A stretch of DNA of 24,000 nt, taken from positions 104,593-128,592 of the forward strand of contig JBFXGX010000003.1 in NCBI GenBank assembly GCA_050177605.1. The letters run 5' to 3'. The notes beneath the pieces are model-generated. The model saw nothing but the letters and a program-made list of their open reading frames with translations. It was not told the DNA's origin and did no database searches. This document shows, one piece after another, positions 15,473 to 24,000 of the stretch. Positions within the stretch are counted from its first letter, which is position 1; each line of letters opens with the position of its first letter. The translations under genes were made by a program, and so were the position numbers. This stretch comes from Candidatus Izemoplasmatales bacterium. GTDB lineage: Bacteria > Bacillota_I > Bacilli_A > Izemoplasmatales > Hujiaoplasmataceae.

Positions 15473-16237
15473 TTATATTTGCGTATAAGGATTGGTATCA
15501 ATTTGAGAAATCAACACTTCGATATCAGGAAAAGCAGATTGGATTTGCAATGCAATAGCTGGTTTAAATATTTTTTCAGCGTAGTGACCGATATCTAGGA
15601 TGGTTAACCCCATTTGAATTGCATCAAGTGCAGTATGATAAGTCACATCTCCAGTGAGAAACAAATCAGCATTTTTTCTTTTCGCTGGTGCCATATGAAT
15701 GGAACCACTTCCTAAGGAGAATCCGATACGCTTAATCACGTCGCGTGGTTTTCCAATTAACTTGATATCTGGTAGATTAAAATCATGATGAAGCAAAGAA
15801 ACAAAATCATCAAAGGATCGAGGAGAGATATTTCCAATTAATCCGATTTGTTCTTGGTCGTCTAGTACTTCAATGTCTTCAAGCCCGATTAAACGTGCAA
15901 ATTCATCATTCATTCCACCCTTGGAGGTATCATAATTGGTATGCATCGAATAGAGTGCGATACCATGTTTTATTAAGTGATGGATGATCCAACCTCTAGG
16001 TGTTTCAACTTGAACGTTGTAGACAGGTTTAAAAATCAGTGGATGATGAGAAATCAATAAATCAACTTTCTTTTCAATGGCTTCTTTTACCACTTCTTTC
16101 GTTACATCTAGTGTTACTAACACTTTTTTAACTTTAGAATTCAAAGAACCAACTTGTAATCCTACATTATCCCAATCATAAGCTTTTTCTTTCGGATAAA
16201 ATGTTTCTAAATATCTGATGACTTCGATACTGTTCAT
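15473..16237 (-). CDS. Nif3-like dinuclear metal center protein (YqfO/YbgI family), short form
   Basis: Motifs LISHHPLIF, YSMHTNYD and FLTGDVTYH are present. The track start is GTG 16243. ATG 16237 is preceded by AAGGAG with a 5-nt spacer and forms an ATGA overlap with the trmK stop, so I call 16237. Confidence 0.85.
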   Translation of the reverse strand: MNSIEVIRYLETFYPKEKAYDWDNVGLQVGSLNSKVKKVLVTLDVTKEVVKEAIEKKVDLLISHHPLIFKPVYNVQVETPRGWIIHHLIKHGIALYSMHTNYDTSKGGMNDEFARLIGLEDIEVLDDQEQIGLIGNISPRSFDDFVSLLHHDFNLPDIKLIGKPRDVIKRIGFSLGSGSIHMAPAKRKNADLFLTGDVTYHTALDAIQMGLTILDIGHYAEKIFKPAIALQIQSAFPDIEVLISQIDTNPYTQI

Positions 16238-16881
16238 AAGCACTCCTTTAAAGTATGAATTTCGTCTTCAATCACTGACTTCTTTTCTTCACTCACCTTC
16301 GATAAAGCGAGTTCGAACTTTTCAATTTGCTTGTGGATATATTCAACGAAATCCTTATTTTTTCTTTGTAGGTTGATCTTGCCAAATCGTTTTTCAAGGG
16401 TCGATAGATGCATCTCTCCCTTTTCAGAAACGATGATTTGATAATACTTTTGATGATCCTTGATGAATTCTTCGCTGATGACTTTCCAGCCATTTTTTTC
16501 GAGGAATTCACGAAGTACGGATGCATCACTATTGGGAGACAAAATAAGACGTTTAACATCTTTTAAGTCTACCCCAGATAAGATTTCAGAAATTAAGATT
16601 CCACCCATACCAAGAATCGAAACAAGGTCTTGATGAGGGGTTAACTCATCAAGACCATTTAATAGTGCAACTTGAATTTGATTTGTAAGAGACGCTTCTT
16701 CTACATTCTTAAGCGCAGATTCATAAGGAGAAACCTTATTATCTGAAGCAATACTTTTTTTTACATATCCCCTTGAAACTGCTTCAATAGGAAAATATGC
16801 ATGATCACACCCAACATCTCTTAAACACTGAAACCCAGCTGTATATTCTAACGCTTTTTCAAGACGTTTACTTAATTTCAT
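16234..16881 (-). CDS. trmK: tRNA (adenine22-N1)-methyltransferase TrmK (YqfN family)
   Basis: Motifs [11 protein letters not shown] and ILGMGGILI are present. Its position directly after sigA matches B. subtilis yqfN. It has an ATGA start/stop overlap with sigA. Confidence 0.8.
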   Translation of the reverse strand: MKLSKRLEKALEYTAGFQCLRDVGCDHAYFPIEAVSRGYVKKSIASDNKVSPYESALKNVEEASLTNQIQVALLNGLDELTPHQDLVSILGMGGILISEILSGVDLKDVKRLILSPNSDASVLREFLEKNGWKVISEEFIKDHQKYYQIIVSEKGEMHLSTLEKRFGKINLQRKNKDFVEYIHKQIEKFELALSKVSEEKKSVIEDEIHTLKECL

Positions 16882-18170
16882 TGTCTTCCGTTTGTGAAAT
16901 CTTTTAATTTTTTACTGCGAGATGGATGTCTTAGCTTTCTTAAGGCTTTCGCTTCAATTTGACGAATTCTTTCACGTGTAACACCAAATTCTTTACCAAC
17001 TTCTTCGAGCGTTCTGGTTCTTCCATCTAAAAGTCCAAAACGCATTCTTAATACTTTTTCTTCACGATCTGTGAGTGTTTCAAGTACTGCGTCAAGTTCT
17101 CTTTTCAGCATTTCCTTGGAAGTATATTCATAAGGCGTTAGTGTGTCTGGATCTGGAATAAAATCTCCAAGAGATGAATCTTCTTCTTCTCCAACAGGAG
17201 ATTCTAAAGAAATCGGTTCTTGGGCTACTTTTTGAATGATTTGTACTTTATCAACAGAGATCTTCATTTCAGCTGCGACTTCATCTGGATGAGGCTCTCT
17301 TTTTAATTTTTGAGTCAATGTTCTTTGTGTACGTACAAGTTTATTGATTGTTTCAACCATATGAACAGGTATACGAATTGTTCTAGCTTGATCGGCAATG
17401 GCTCTAGTGATTGCTTGACGAATCCACCAAGTGGCGTACGTAGAGAACTTGAATCCTTTGGTATGGTCAAATTTATAAACGGCTTTCATTAAGCCCATGT
17501 TTCCTTCTTGAATTAAATCTAAAAATTGCATTCCGCGTCCAACATATCTTTTCGCGATAGAGACAACCAAACGGAGATTCGCTTCAACGAGTTTCTTTTC
17601 TGAGAATTCACCACGTTTGAATAATTCTTCAAATTCAGCGAGTTCTTCTTGTGAAATGCTAACACCATCCGCTACTTTTTGGTCATAGACTTCTCGTGCT
17701 TTACGGGCTCTTGAAATTAGCGTCGCAAGTTCATACTCTTCGTCACCAGAAAGTAATTCAACACGACCGATTTCTTTTAAGTACATACGTACTGGGTCGT
17801 CTACTTTGATAGAAATGGAAGAATCGAATTGTTTTTCTAGCATTAATTCTTCTTCGATTTCTTTTGCATAATCGAAGTCAATTAATTCTTCAGCGGGAAT
17901 ATCGTCATCGGATAATTCATCTAAATCAATAAAATCATCGTCAGCCTCTTCGTCGTCTTCTTCAGCTACGAGTACTTCTTCTTCCTCTTCAACTTCTTCT
18001 GGTAAGTCAAGGTTTTCTTCTGCATAGATTCCTTCACTTTCAAGATCCATAATGATGTCATCATACATCATATCATTCTCATTCACATATTTCTTAATTT
18101 CTTCAAAAGATAAATATCCTTGTTCTTCCCAAAAGGCTGTTAACTTCTTTAAGATTTCGCTTTTTTCCAT
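16878..18170 (-). CDS. sigA: RNA polymerase primary sigma factor (sigma-70/SigA)
   Basis: Motifs present are [77 protein letters not shown] and, in region 4, [32 protein letters not shown] is AAGGAGA, 4 nt before ATG 18170. Confidence 0.95.
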   Translation of the reverse strand: MEKSEILKKLTAFWEEQGYLSFEEIKKYVNENDMMYDDIIMDLESEGIYAEENLDLPEEVEEEEEVLVAEEDDEEADDDFIDLDELSDDDIPAEELIDFDYAKEIEEELMLEKQFDSSISIKVDDPVRMYLKEIGRVELLSGDEEYELATLISRARKAREVYDQKVADGVSISQEELAEFEELFKRGEFSEKKLVEANLRLVVSIAKRYVGRGMQFLDLIQEGNMGLMKAVYKFDHTKGFKFSTYATWWIRQAITRAIADQARTIRIPVHMVETINKLVRTQRTLTQKLKREPHPDEVAAEMKISVDKVQIIQKVAQEPISLESPVGEEEDSSLGDFIPDPDTLTPYEYTSKEMLKRELDAVLETLTDREEKVLRMRFGLLDGRTRTLEEVGKEFGVTRERIRQIEAKALRKLRHPSRSKKLKDFTNGRQ

Positions 18171-19957
18171 GTGTTCTCCTTCTTTAATTCATCGATTTGT
18201 TTTTTCGCTTCAAGAATTTCATTACCAAACTTCAATTTTTCTTCTTTCGTTAAAATATCATTCAGTGCGGTTAATTTTTCTTTGATTGCTCGTATATTCA
18301 TTTCAATTTCACATATTTTATGAGTATTAATAATTTGCTTTAATTCGACGCTGCTGTACTCTAAACCAGTATCATTTAATCGTCTTTTCGCAAGTTCGTA
18401 TTCATTGCCTGTGAGGCCATCTAATACTTGTTCTTTTAAATCCAATACTTGATTATTTTCAATCAGACCGGTGGCTTCAAATAAAATCATTACGTTGATA
18501 CGGTCTTTTGCAAAATAAGCTTGGATTTCATCAATGATGTATTGTCTGTATTCTGGTGTCTTCAAAAAATAGGATACCAGACGATTTTCGGATTCAATTT
18601 TTTTGTTAATGATAGCCATATTGGCAAGTGTTTGTTTCTTTTGTTGCTCTTTATGAAAGGTAATGGCTTGCGTAAGTTGATAGTTATGCAAGTCTGATTG
18701 AATTGATTCATACGATACGCCAATATCTTCAGACATCTTCTTCATATAGATTTCTAGAAGCATATCAGAATTTTGTTTTTGAAGTGTTTTGAATACCTTC
18801 AACTTGAATTCTTCAATTTGAGATGGCATCGACATATCTGTTTTACGCATCAAATAGACATATTGGAATTCAAATGGATCCATTTGTGTGGTATTGACAT
18901 ATTTTTGGAACGCTTGACGAGATTTTGTTTTGACAAATTCATCAGGGTCTAACCCTTCAGGCAAGAGAACAATCGAGACACTGAGTCCGGCATTTTGAAG
19001 CAATGGAATCGCTTTGTTTGTTGCTTCAAAACCAGCTTTATCACCATCATAACAGATGACTGCGTGGTCAGTATATTTTTTTAATAATTTCGCTTGCTCT
19101 TCGGTAAGAGCCGTTCCCATCGAACAGACACTTTCTTTAATACCTGATACAACAGAGGCAATGACATCAAAGAATCCTTCAAAAAGAACTACACGGTTTT
19201 CTCTTTTAATGGAAGGTATCGCTTTATCTAAATTGAATAAAACGTTCCCTTTCGTGAAGATTTTGGATTGAGGGCTATTGATATATTTCATATCAGAAGC
19301 ACCATTAATCTCTCTACCACTAAAACCGACGGTTTTCCCATACTCATTTCGAATCGGGAAAATCAATCTGTCACGGAATAAATCGACATAATCTTTCTCG
19401 GTTTTTTTAACTAAACCAAGTTCAATAAAATCGACGGCATCTATTTGATCTTTAAGTTGATTATACATTCCGCTATAATCGTTTGTCGCGTATCCTAGTT
19501 CGAAGTATTGAATCGTATGAATATCAAGTCCACGTTTTAAGACATAGTCTAGACCAGGTTTCCCTTCCGCAAGATTGGTAAGGGTTAATTGATATAAACC
19601 AGATACTTTATCGTTAATTTCATAAAAATGACTAAAATCATTTTTGACGAACGTTTCACCTTCCGTTTCAACAGGAAGATGATATTTATCCGCAAGCGCG
19701 AGTAGCGCTTCAGGATAAGTGATATTTTTGTATCGTTGAATGAAAGTGACCGCATTCCCAGCTTCACCACATCCGAAACATTTAAAGATTCCTTTTTCTT
19801 TACTGACATTAAAGGATGGTGTCTTTTCACTATGAAATGGACAGAGTCCTTTAAAACCACTTCCAGAAGGTTGAAGTTGGACATAATCAGATATGACATC
19901 GACAATATCGGCTGTGTTTGTGATAAGGTCAATTGTTTTTTGACTGATCTTTGCCAT
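18149..19957 (-). CDS. dnaG: DNA primase DnaG
   Basis: The zinc ribbon is [29 protein letters not shown] and the Toprim region is [10 protein letters not shown]...ICYDGDKAG. It overlaps sigA by 22 nt, which is a genuine overlap because the sigA RBS lies inside the dnaG 3' end. Confidence 0.95.
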   Translation of the reverse strand: MAKISQKTIDLITNTADIVDVISDYVQLQPSGSGFKGLCPFHSEKTPSFNVSKEKGIFKCFGCGEAGNAVTFIQRYKNITYPEALLALADKYHLPVETEGETFVKNDFSHFYEINDKVSGLYQLTLTNLAEGKPGLDYVLKRGLDIHTIQYFELGYATNDYSGMYNQLKDQIDAVDFIELGLVKKTEKDYVDLFRDRLIFPIRNEYGKTVGFSGREINGASDMKYINSPQSKIFTKGNVLFNLDKAIPSIKRENRVVLFEGFFDVIASVVSGIKESVCSMGTALTEEQAKLLKKYTDHAVICYDGDKAGFEATNKAIPLLQNAGLSVSIVLLPEGLDPDEFVKTKSRQAFQKYVNTTQMDPFEFQYVYLMRKTDMSMPSQIEEFKLKVFKTLQKQNSDMLLEIYMKKMSEDIGVSYESIQSDLHNYQLTQAITFHKEQQKKQTLANMAIINKKIESENRLVSYFLKTPEYRQYIIDEIQAYFAKDRINVMILFEATGLIENNQVLDLKEQVLDGLTGNEYELAKRRLNDTGLEYSSVELKQIINTHKICEIEMNIRAIKEKLTALNDILTKEEKLKFGNEILEAKKQIDELKKENTWKKAKS

Positions 19958-19976
19958 AGACTTCCCTTCTTTCTTG

Positions 19977-21365
19977 TTATAAAATATTCAAATCTTTTCT
20001 GATATGAGCGACTAGTTCATCAATGTTACAAGTGATTTGTTCCATCGAATCACGGTAGCGAATTGTGACTGTGTTCTTTTCAAGTGTATCATTATCAATC
20101 GTAACACACAGTGGTGTACCGATTGCATCTTGTCTTCTGTATCTCTTACCAATATTACCCGCTTCATCGTAAGTTACGTCAAAAACACTTAATAATTTTT
20201 GATAGACTTCCTCTGCTTTTTCTTGGTGATATTTTTTCACAAGTGGGAAGACCGCTACTTGATACGGTGCAAGTAAAGGTGAAATTTTAAGCAAAGTACG
20301 ACTATCCCCATTTCCAAGATCTTGTTCTTCAAAGGATTCATTTAGAATCGCAAGGAATAAACGTTCAACACCTAGTGCTGGTTCAATGACATACGGTAAG
20401 TAGCGTTCGTTGGTATCTGGATCTAAGTAAGTTAAGTTTTCGCCTGAATGATTTTGATGTTGTATCAAATCATAATTAGTTCGCGATGCCACGCCCCAAA
20501 GTTCATCAAATCCCCATGGGTAACGATACATGATATCGGTCGTTGCATTCGAGTAGAATGATAATTTTTCTTCAGGATGATTGTAGAGTTCAAGATTTTC
20601 TGGTTTTAAACCTAGTCCTTTAAGAAAATCAAAAGCGAATTGTTTCCAATAAACAAACCATTCTAGTTCTGTTCCTGGTTTGCAGAAAAACTCCATTTCC
20701 ATTTGTTCAAATTCTCTTGTACGGAAAATAAAGTTTCCTGGTGTAATTTCATTACGGAAGCTTTTTCCAACTTGAGCAATCCCAAAGGGTACTTTTTTAC
20801 GAGAAGTTCTTTGGACGTTCTTAAAGTTCAGGAAAATACCTTGCGCTGTTTCAGGTCGTAAGTAAATAACACTTTTCGAATCTTCAACAACCCCTTGTGA
20901 AGTTTTAAACATTAAATTGAATTCACGAATTTCAGTGTAATCCACTTTACCACAAACAGGACAAGGAATTTGATTTTTAACGATGTAATCATACATTTCT
21001 TCTTTGGACCAGCCATCTGCATCGACTGTGTTTTTTGAAAACTCGGCAATGAGTTTATCTGCACGATGTCTAGACTTACATGCTTTACAGTCCATTAGGG
21101 GATCTTGAAAACCGCCAACATGACCACTCGCAACCCAAGTTTCTGGATTTAAAAGAATCGCGGAATCAAGTCCCACGTTTAAAGGATTCGTTCTAACAAA
21201 CGCATCCCACCAAGCTTTTTTAATTTTTTGTTTTAATAGTACGCCAAGTGGACCATAGTCCCATGTATTGGCAAGTCCACCATATATTTCACTACCTTGG
21301 TAGACAAATCCATATTGTTTTGCGTAATTGACTAGTTGTTCTAATGAGTTGTTCAAGTTAATCAT
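19977..21365 (-). CDS. glyQS: Glycine--tRNA ligase, single-chain alpha2 (GlyQS) type
   Basis: Motifs present are YGGLANTWDYGPLG, YLRPETAQGIF, FRNEITPGNFIFRTREFEQMEMEFF and EPALGVERL. The start is ambiguous among three candidates. ATG 21374 (the track start) has no RBS. ATG 21365 has GGAG 3 nt upstream. TTG 21356 lies 9 nt after GGAGAGG. Confidence 0.9.
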   Translation of the reverse strand: MINLNNSLEQLVNYAKQYGFVYQGSEIYGGLANTWDYGPLGVLLKQKIKKAWWDAFVRTNPLNVGLDSAILLNPETWVASGHVGGFQDPLMDCKACKSRHRADKLIAEFSKNTVDADGWSKEEMYDYIVKNQIPCPVCGKVDYTEIREFNLMFKTSQGVVEDSKSVIYLRPETAQGIFLNFKNVQRTSRKKVPFGIAQVGKSFRNEITPGNFIFRTREFEQMEMEFFCKPGTELEWFVYWKQFAFDFLKGLGLKPENLELYNHPEEKLSFYSNATTDIMYRYPWGFDELWGVASRTNYDLIQHQNHSGENLTYLDPDTNERYLPYVIEPALGVERLFLAILNESFEEQDLGNGDSRTLLKISPLLAPYQVAVFPLVKKYHQEKAEEVYQKLLSVFDVTYDEAGNIGKRYRRQDAIGTPLCVTIDNDTLEKNTVTIRYRDSMEQITCNIDELVAHIRKDLNIL

Positions 21366-21396
21366 CCTCTCCATTTGGGCATATTATCTCATTTTA

Positions 21397-21424
21397 ATTA
21401 TAAAGCATAAGTTTGTAATGTCAA
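21397..21424 (-). promoter_or_regulatory. Near-consensus sigma-A promoter TTGACA-16-TATAAT for glyQS
   Basis: The minus strand reads ccTTGACAttacaaacttatgcttTATAATtaaaatgag. The -35 is at 21419-21424 and the -10 at 21397-21402. The leader is at most about 35 nt. Confidence 0.65.
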
Positions 21425-21488
21425 GGCAAATTATATATTTTATAATATATAAAAGGCTAATTCTAGACAAAAAACAAGGCTAGAAGGT

Positions 21489-22205
21489 TTAATAGCCAAT
21501 AAATCCTTCTAGCACAGTTCTTGATTTGGTCTTAATATTGAGGTGATACATATAATATTCATCAAGTAAATGACGTAACTCAATGATGGTGATACTTTCT
21601 GTTTCAATCGACGATGGCTTCGCTAAATCGTAGTAGTAAAGGAACTGAAACAGTTCAACACACTTCTTTGAATAGGTAGGTTTATGTGGATGGTCATCAC
21701 AAATCATCCCACCTTCAGCGACAGAAAAAGTTAAATTGTTTGTTTCATGACAAAGGACACAATCTTTAAATCTGGGATTCACGCCTAAAAGAAATAGGAG
21801 CTTCGCTTCAAACATATTTATGTAGGGAATATAGTCAACTTCTGTCGATACTTTATTCAAAATTTTGATTAAGAACGGATAACTTTTACTATGATCTAAC
21901 CCACCAATCGAAAAGTGTTCAAGAAGCTCGAGCATATGCAGTGAATACGTGTATTTTTCAAGATTGGATTTGATGGTATTAAAGGTATTAATCATCGTGA
22001 TTTCTTTGACTGTTTTTAAGTCTTTTCCGGAAGCATAGATTTTGACATGGGAAAGAGTATCTTTTGATCCTAAAAACGGACTTTTAATTTTGTTTGCGCC
22101 TCGAAGTAAAAAAGAAACGACACCGGATGTCGTATATACGTAGATGATTTGACTTGTCTCTTTGTAATCTAGGTGTTTGACAATAATTCCTTCAAATACG
22201 TCCAA
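21489..22205 (-). CDS. recO: DNA repair protein RecO
   Basis: From the proposed start the product reads MDVFEGIIVKHLDYKETSQIIYVYT, the typical RecO OB-fold N-terminus, and it has a Cys-rich zinc motif CVLCHE...GGMICDDH. The track start 22292 overlaps era by 77 nt. An in-frame TTG at 22205-22203 follows the era TAG stop by 10 nt, with GAGGGA as RBS. Confidence 0.8.
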   Translation of the reverse strand: MDVFEGIIVKHLDYKETSQIIYVYTTSGVVSFLLRGANKIKSPFLGSKDTLSHVKIYASGKDLKTVKEITMINTFNTIKSNLEKYTYSLHMLELLEHFSIGGLDHSKSYPFLIKILNKVSTEVDYIPYINMFEAKLLFLLGVNPRFKDCVLCHETNNLTFSVAEGGMICDDHPHKPTYSKKCVELFQFLYYYDLAKPSSIETESITIIELRHLLDEYYMYHLNIKTKSRTVLEGFIGY

Positions 22206-22215
22206 GAGAATCCCT

Positions 22216-23109
22216 CTATTCTTTTTCTTTGGTATAACCGTAACTTTTAAGATAATGTTCTCTGTTGCGCCAATCAGCTTCAACCTTAACAAACAAGTCT
22301 AGAAAAACTTGTTTCCCAAATAAATGTTCAATGTCAACACGTGCTTTGGAGCCAATTTCTTTGAGCATGGCACCATTTTTACCAATGATAATTCCTTTTT
22401 GTGAGTTTCTTTCAACAACAATGGACGCGATAATTTCGACCAATTTCTTTTTGTTTTGATACTGGTCAATCACAACCATCACTGAATGAGGAACTTCTTC
22501 TTTTGTGAGTTCAAGTATTTTTTCACGAACAAATTCAGAAATCAAAAACGATTCTGGACGGTCTGAAATTTCACCATCAGGGTAAAACTGTGGACCTTCT
22601 TCAAGTCGATCTTTAATATCAGAAATGAGGTGATCAACATTTTGACCTGTAAGGGCTGAAATCCCAAAAACTCCCGCAAATTCAAACTCTTTTTTATAGA
22701 TATCTAGCGCTGCTTGCAAGCGTGGAAAATCTTTAATCGTATCGATTTTATTCGCGATTAAAAAGACCGGTGTTTGCGTTCCTTTTAATTCTTGTAAAAT
22801 CGCTAAATTTCTCTGTTTCACATCATCGAAAGCATTCACTAAAAACAGCACTAAATCGACTGCTTTTACTGTCGATAAAGCTGCAGAAGTCATATACTCT
22901 CCAAGCTTTGTTTTTGCTTTATGGATTCCTGGTGTATCCATGAAGATAATTTGTGAATCTTCATCATTATAGATTCCCGAAAACACATTTCTAGTGGTTT
23001 GTGGCTTGTCTGAAACGATTGCAACTTTTGTCTTTAGTACTTGATTGAGGAACGTTGATTTACCAACGTTAGGTTCGCCAATAATGGCGACAAAACCAGA
23101 GCGAAACAT
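22216..23109 (-). CDS. era: GTPase Era
   Basis: G1 is GEPNVGKST, G3 is DTPG and G4 is NKID. The C-terminal KH domain contains VERNSQKGIIIGKNGAMLKEIG. The start overlaps the cdd stop (TAATG). Confidence 0.95.
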   Translation of the reverse strand: MFRSGFVAIIGEPNVGKSTFLNQVLKTKVAIVSDKPQTTRNVFSGIYNDEDSQIIFMDTPGIHKAKTKLGEYMTSAALSTVKAVDLVLFLVNAFDDVKQRNLAILQELKGTQTPVFLIANKIDTIKDFPRLQAALDIYKKEFEFAGVFGISALTGQNVDHLISDIKDRLEEGPQFYPDGEISDRPESFLISEFVREKILELTKEEVPHSVMVVIDQYQNKKKLVEIIASIVVERNSQKGIIIGKNGAMLKEIGSKARVDIEHLFGKQVFLDLFVKVEADWRNREHYLKSYGYTKEKE

Positions 23110-23501
23110 TAAAGATCCTCTTTCGTAAAGCCATGAGGTAATAATTCAATGTTTTTAATAACCTTTACTTCGTCGTGATTATTAATGAGTACGACATCAC
23201 AATCCTCATTCATTAACTCTCTCATCACTTGTCTACAACTTCCACATGGGCTCACAAAATAATCGTGGTCTGTATAGATTGCGATTCTTTTGATATCTTC
23301 TTTACGAACGCCATTGGAGTAAGCTGAGAAAAGAGCACTACGTTCAGCACAATTTGCTAAACCATAGGCTGCATTTTCGACATTGATTCCTTTATAAATC
23401 TCGCCGTTATTTAGTTCAAGTACTGCTGATACAGCAAAATGAGAGTAAGGCACGTATGCATTTTTAATATTTTCTTTCGCTATGCTAATTAGTTTATCCA
23501 T
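23109..23501 (-). CDS. cdd: Cytidine deaminase
   Basis: 130 aa, with zinc-binding motifs CAERSALF and PCGSCRQVMRE. Confidence 0.9.
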   Translation of the reverse strand: MDKLISIAKENIKNAYVPYSHFAVSAVLELNNGEIYKGINVENAAYGLANCAERSALFSAYSNGVRKEDIKRIAIYTDHDYFVSPCGSCRQVMRELMNEDCDVVLINNHDEVKVIKNIELLPHGFTKEDL

Positions 23502-23505
23502 TTGA

Positions 23506-23934
23506 TTACCTCGTATAACTAGTTAAATTTAATATTTGATCTTGTAAGTCAAACATTTCTTTTTCTTCTTCTTTTGTTAAATGATCGTATCCATTACAAT
23601 GTAAAAATCCATGGACACTTAAAAAAGCAAGTTCTCTGTCGAAAGAATGACCATATTCAAGGGCTTGTTCTTTCGCTTTATCAATGCTGATAAAGATGTC
23701 GCCAAGTTCATCCTCTTCATCCTGGTTTTCAAAACTGAGTACATCGGTAGGACGGTCAATCTGTCTGTAATATAAATTCATCTCATGAATCGATTCGTTA
23801 TTCACTAAAATCACATTAATCGTCTTTGTTTCTTTTATATCAAGAAAAGCGTAAGCTGTTTTGATAACTTTCTTTATGACTGGCAAATAGATTTTTTGGT
23901 CATCATACTGATTAAAAAAATTAATTTTTATCAT
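23506..23934 (-). CDS. ybeY: rRNA maturation endoribonuclease YbeY
   Basis: The metal-binding motif [11 protein letters not shown] is present. The track start is TTG 23940. ATG 23934 lies 7 nt after AGAGAGG and is preferred. Confidence 0.9.
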   Translation of the reverse strand: MIKINFFNQYDDQKIYLPVIKKVIKTAYAFLDIKETKTINVILVNNESIHEMNLYYRQIDRPTDVLSFENQDEEDELGDIFISIDKAKEQALEYGHSFDRELAFLSVHGFLHCNGYDHLTKEEEKEMFDLQDQILNLTSYTR

Positions 23935-24000
23935 TTTCAAACCTCTCTATAATCGTTTGAACAAGTGGATGTCTCACAACATCAGCGTTGTCAAAATATA
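23921..24000 (-). CDS. phoH: PhoH-like ATPase, C-terminal end only (5' part outside window)
   Basis: Not in the track. The minus-strand frame reads ...[25 protein letters not shown] with the stop at 23923-23921. [11 protein letters not shown] is the conserved PhoH C-terminus, and the position upstream of ybeY matches Bacillus synteny. Only 26 codons are visible. Confidence 0.6.
   Translation of the reverse strand, partial: YFDNADVVRHPLVQTIIERFENDKN

Noticed and set aside
17841-18020. Highly acidic insertion in SigA region 1 ([33 protein letters not shown]...)
   Set aside because: Region 1.1 and the 1.1-1.2 linker of primary sigma factors are normally acidic and variable in length. This one is about 25 aa longer than in B. 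subtilis, which is within normal lineage variation.
18149-18170. 22-nt dnaG/sigA overlap as a possible annotation artefact
   Set aside because: The sigA ATG at 18170 has an excellent RBS (AAGGAGA, 4-nt spacer) and a typical N-terminus. The overlap appears genuine and reflects ordinary translational coupling, as do the ATGA and TAATG overlaps at 16878-16881, 16234-16237 and 23109.
19585-19932. 115-aa same-strand ORF nested in dnaG in another frame, and likewise 16293-16559 in trmK and 8552-8734 in parE
   Set aside because: They lie entirely inside well-supported conserved genes. Their composition is low-complexity and K/I/L/S-rich, as expected of off-frame AT-rich sequence. They have no RBS and no recognisable motifs.
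21375-21488. T-box riboswitch upstream of glyQS
   Set aside because: The spacer is only 114 nt and contains a near-consensus promoter that leaves a leader of at most about 35 nt. I found no specifier-loop or antiterminator-like structure and no T-box sequence.
21455-21488. Terminator after recO
   Set aside because: The only available structure is a 6-bp stem (UUCUAG/CUAGAA) with a 13-nt loop and no clean U-tract, which is too weak to call. Read-through from recO into glyQS is likely.
1-24000. CRISPR arrays, IS elements, transposases, integrases, prophage genes, toxin-antitoxin pairs, rRNA/tRNA genes
   Set aside because: I saw no spaced direct-repeat arrays, terminal inverted repeats or recombinase-like ORFs. 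The intergenic spaces are too short (at most about 180 nt) and are accounted for by promoters and terminators.

Overview
AT-rich, tightly packed bacterial chromosome segment using the standard code (TGA is a stop). 20 of the 22 genes I call are on the minus strand. Gene content and order look like a low-GC Bacillota or Mollicutes-related organism (Erysipelotrichia/Acholeplasma-like is a guess, not established). No homology search was possible, so every product call rests on motifs I recognise in the translations. Most of the window is housekeeping, in two Bacillus-like syntenic blocks: (i) phoH-ybeY-cdd-era-recO-glyQS-dnaG-sigA-trmK-nif3 and (ii) yneF-[surface protein]-plsY / parE-parC. A degV-marR operon and a small ferredoxin gene join the two blocks. 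The left end carries recJ (partial), nadC and an unusual Fic-like gene. Three CDSs are missing from the ORF track: recJ and phoH, which are open at the window edges, and a 55-aa 2x[4Fe-4S] ferredoxin that falls below the length cutoff. Several track ORFs are over-extended at the 5' end (nadC, recO, nif3, ybeY, probably parE and glyQS). I found no CRISPR array, mobile element, rRNA, tRNA or riboswitch, and no clear-cut novel multi-gene system such as a defence island. The best second-look candidates are: (1) a catalytically degenerate Fic-fold/wHTH protein translationally abutted to an orphan nadC; (2) a FabT-like MarR regulator co-operonic with degV (fakB), with a FabT-box-like palindrome at the operon's promoter; (3) two accessory cell-surface genes, a GLUG-repeat lipoprotein and a 1041-aa FG-GAP plus 8x Flg_new-repeat protein, inserted into the conserved core.
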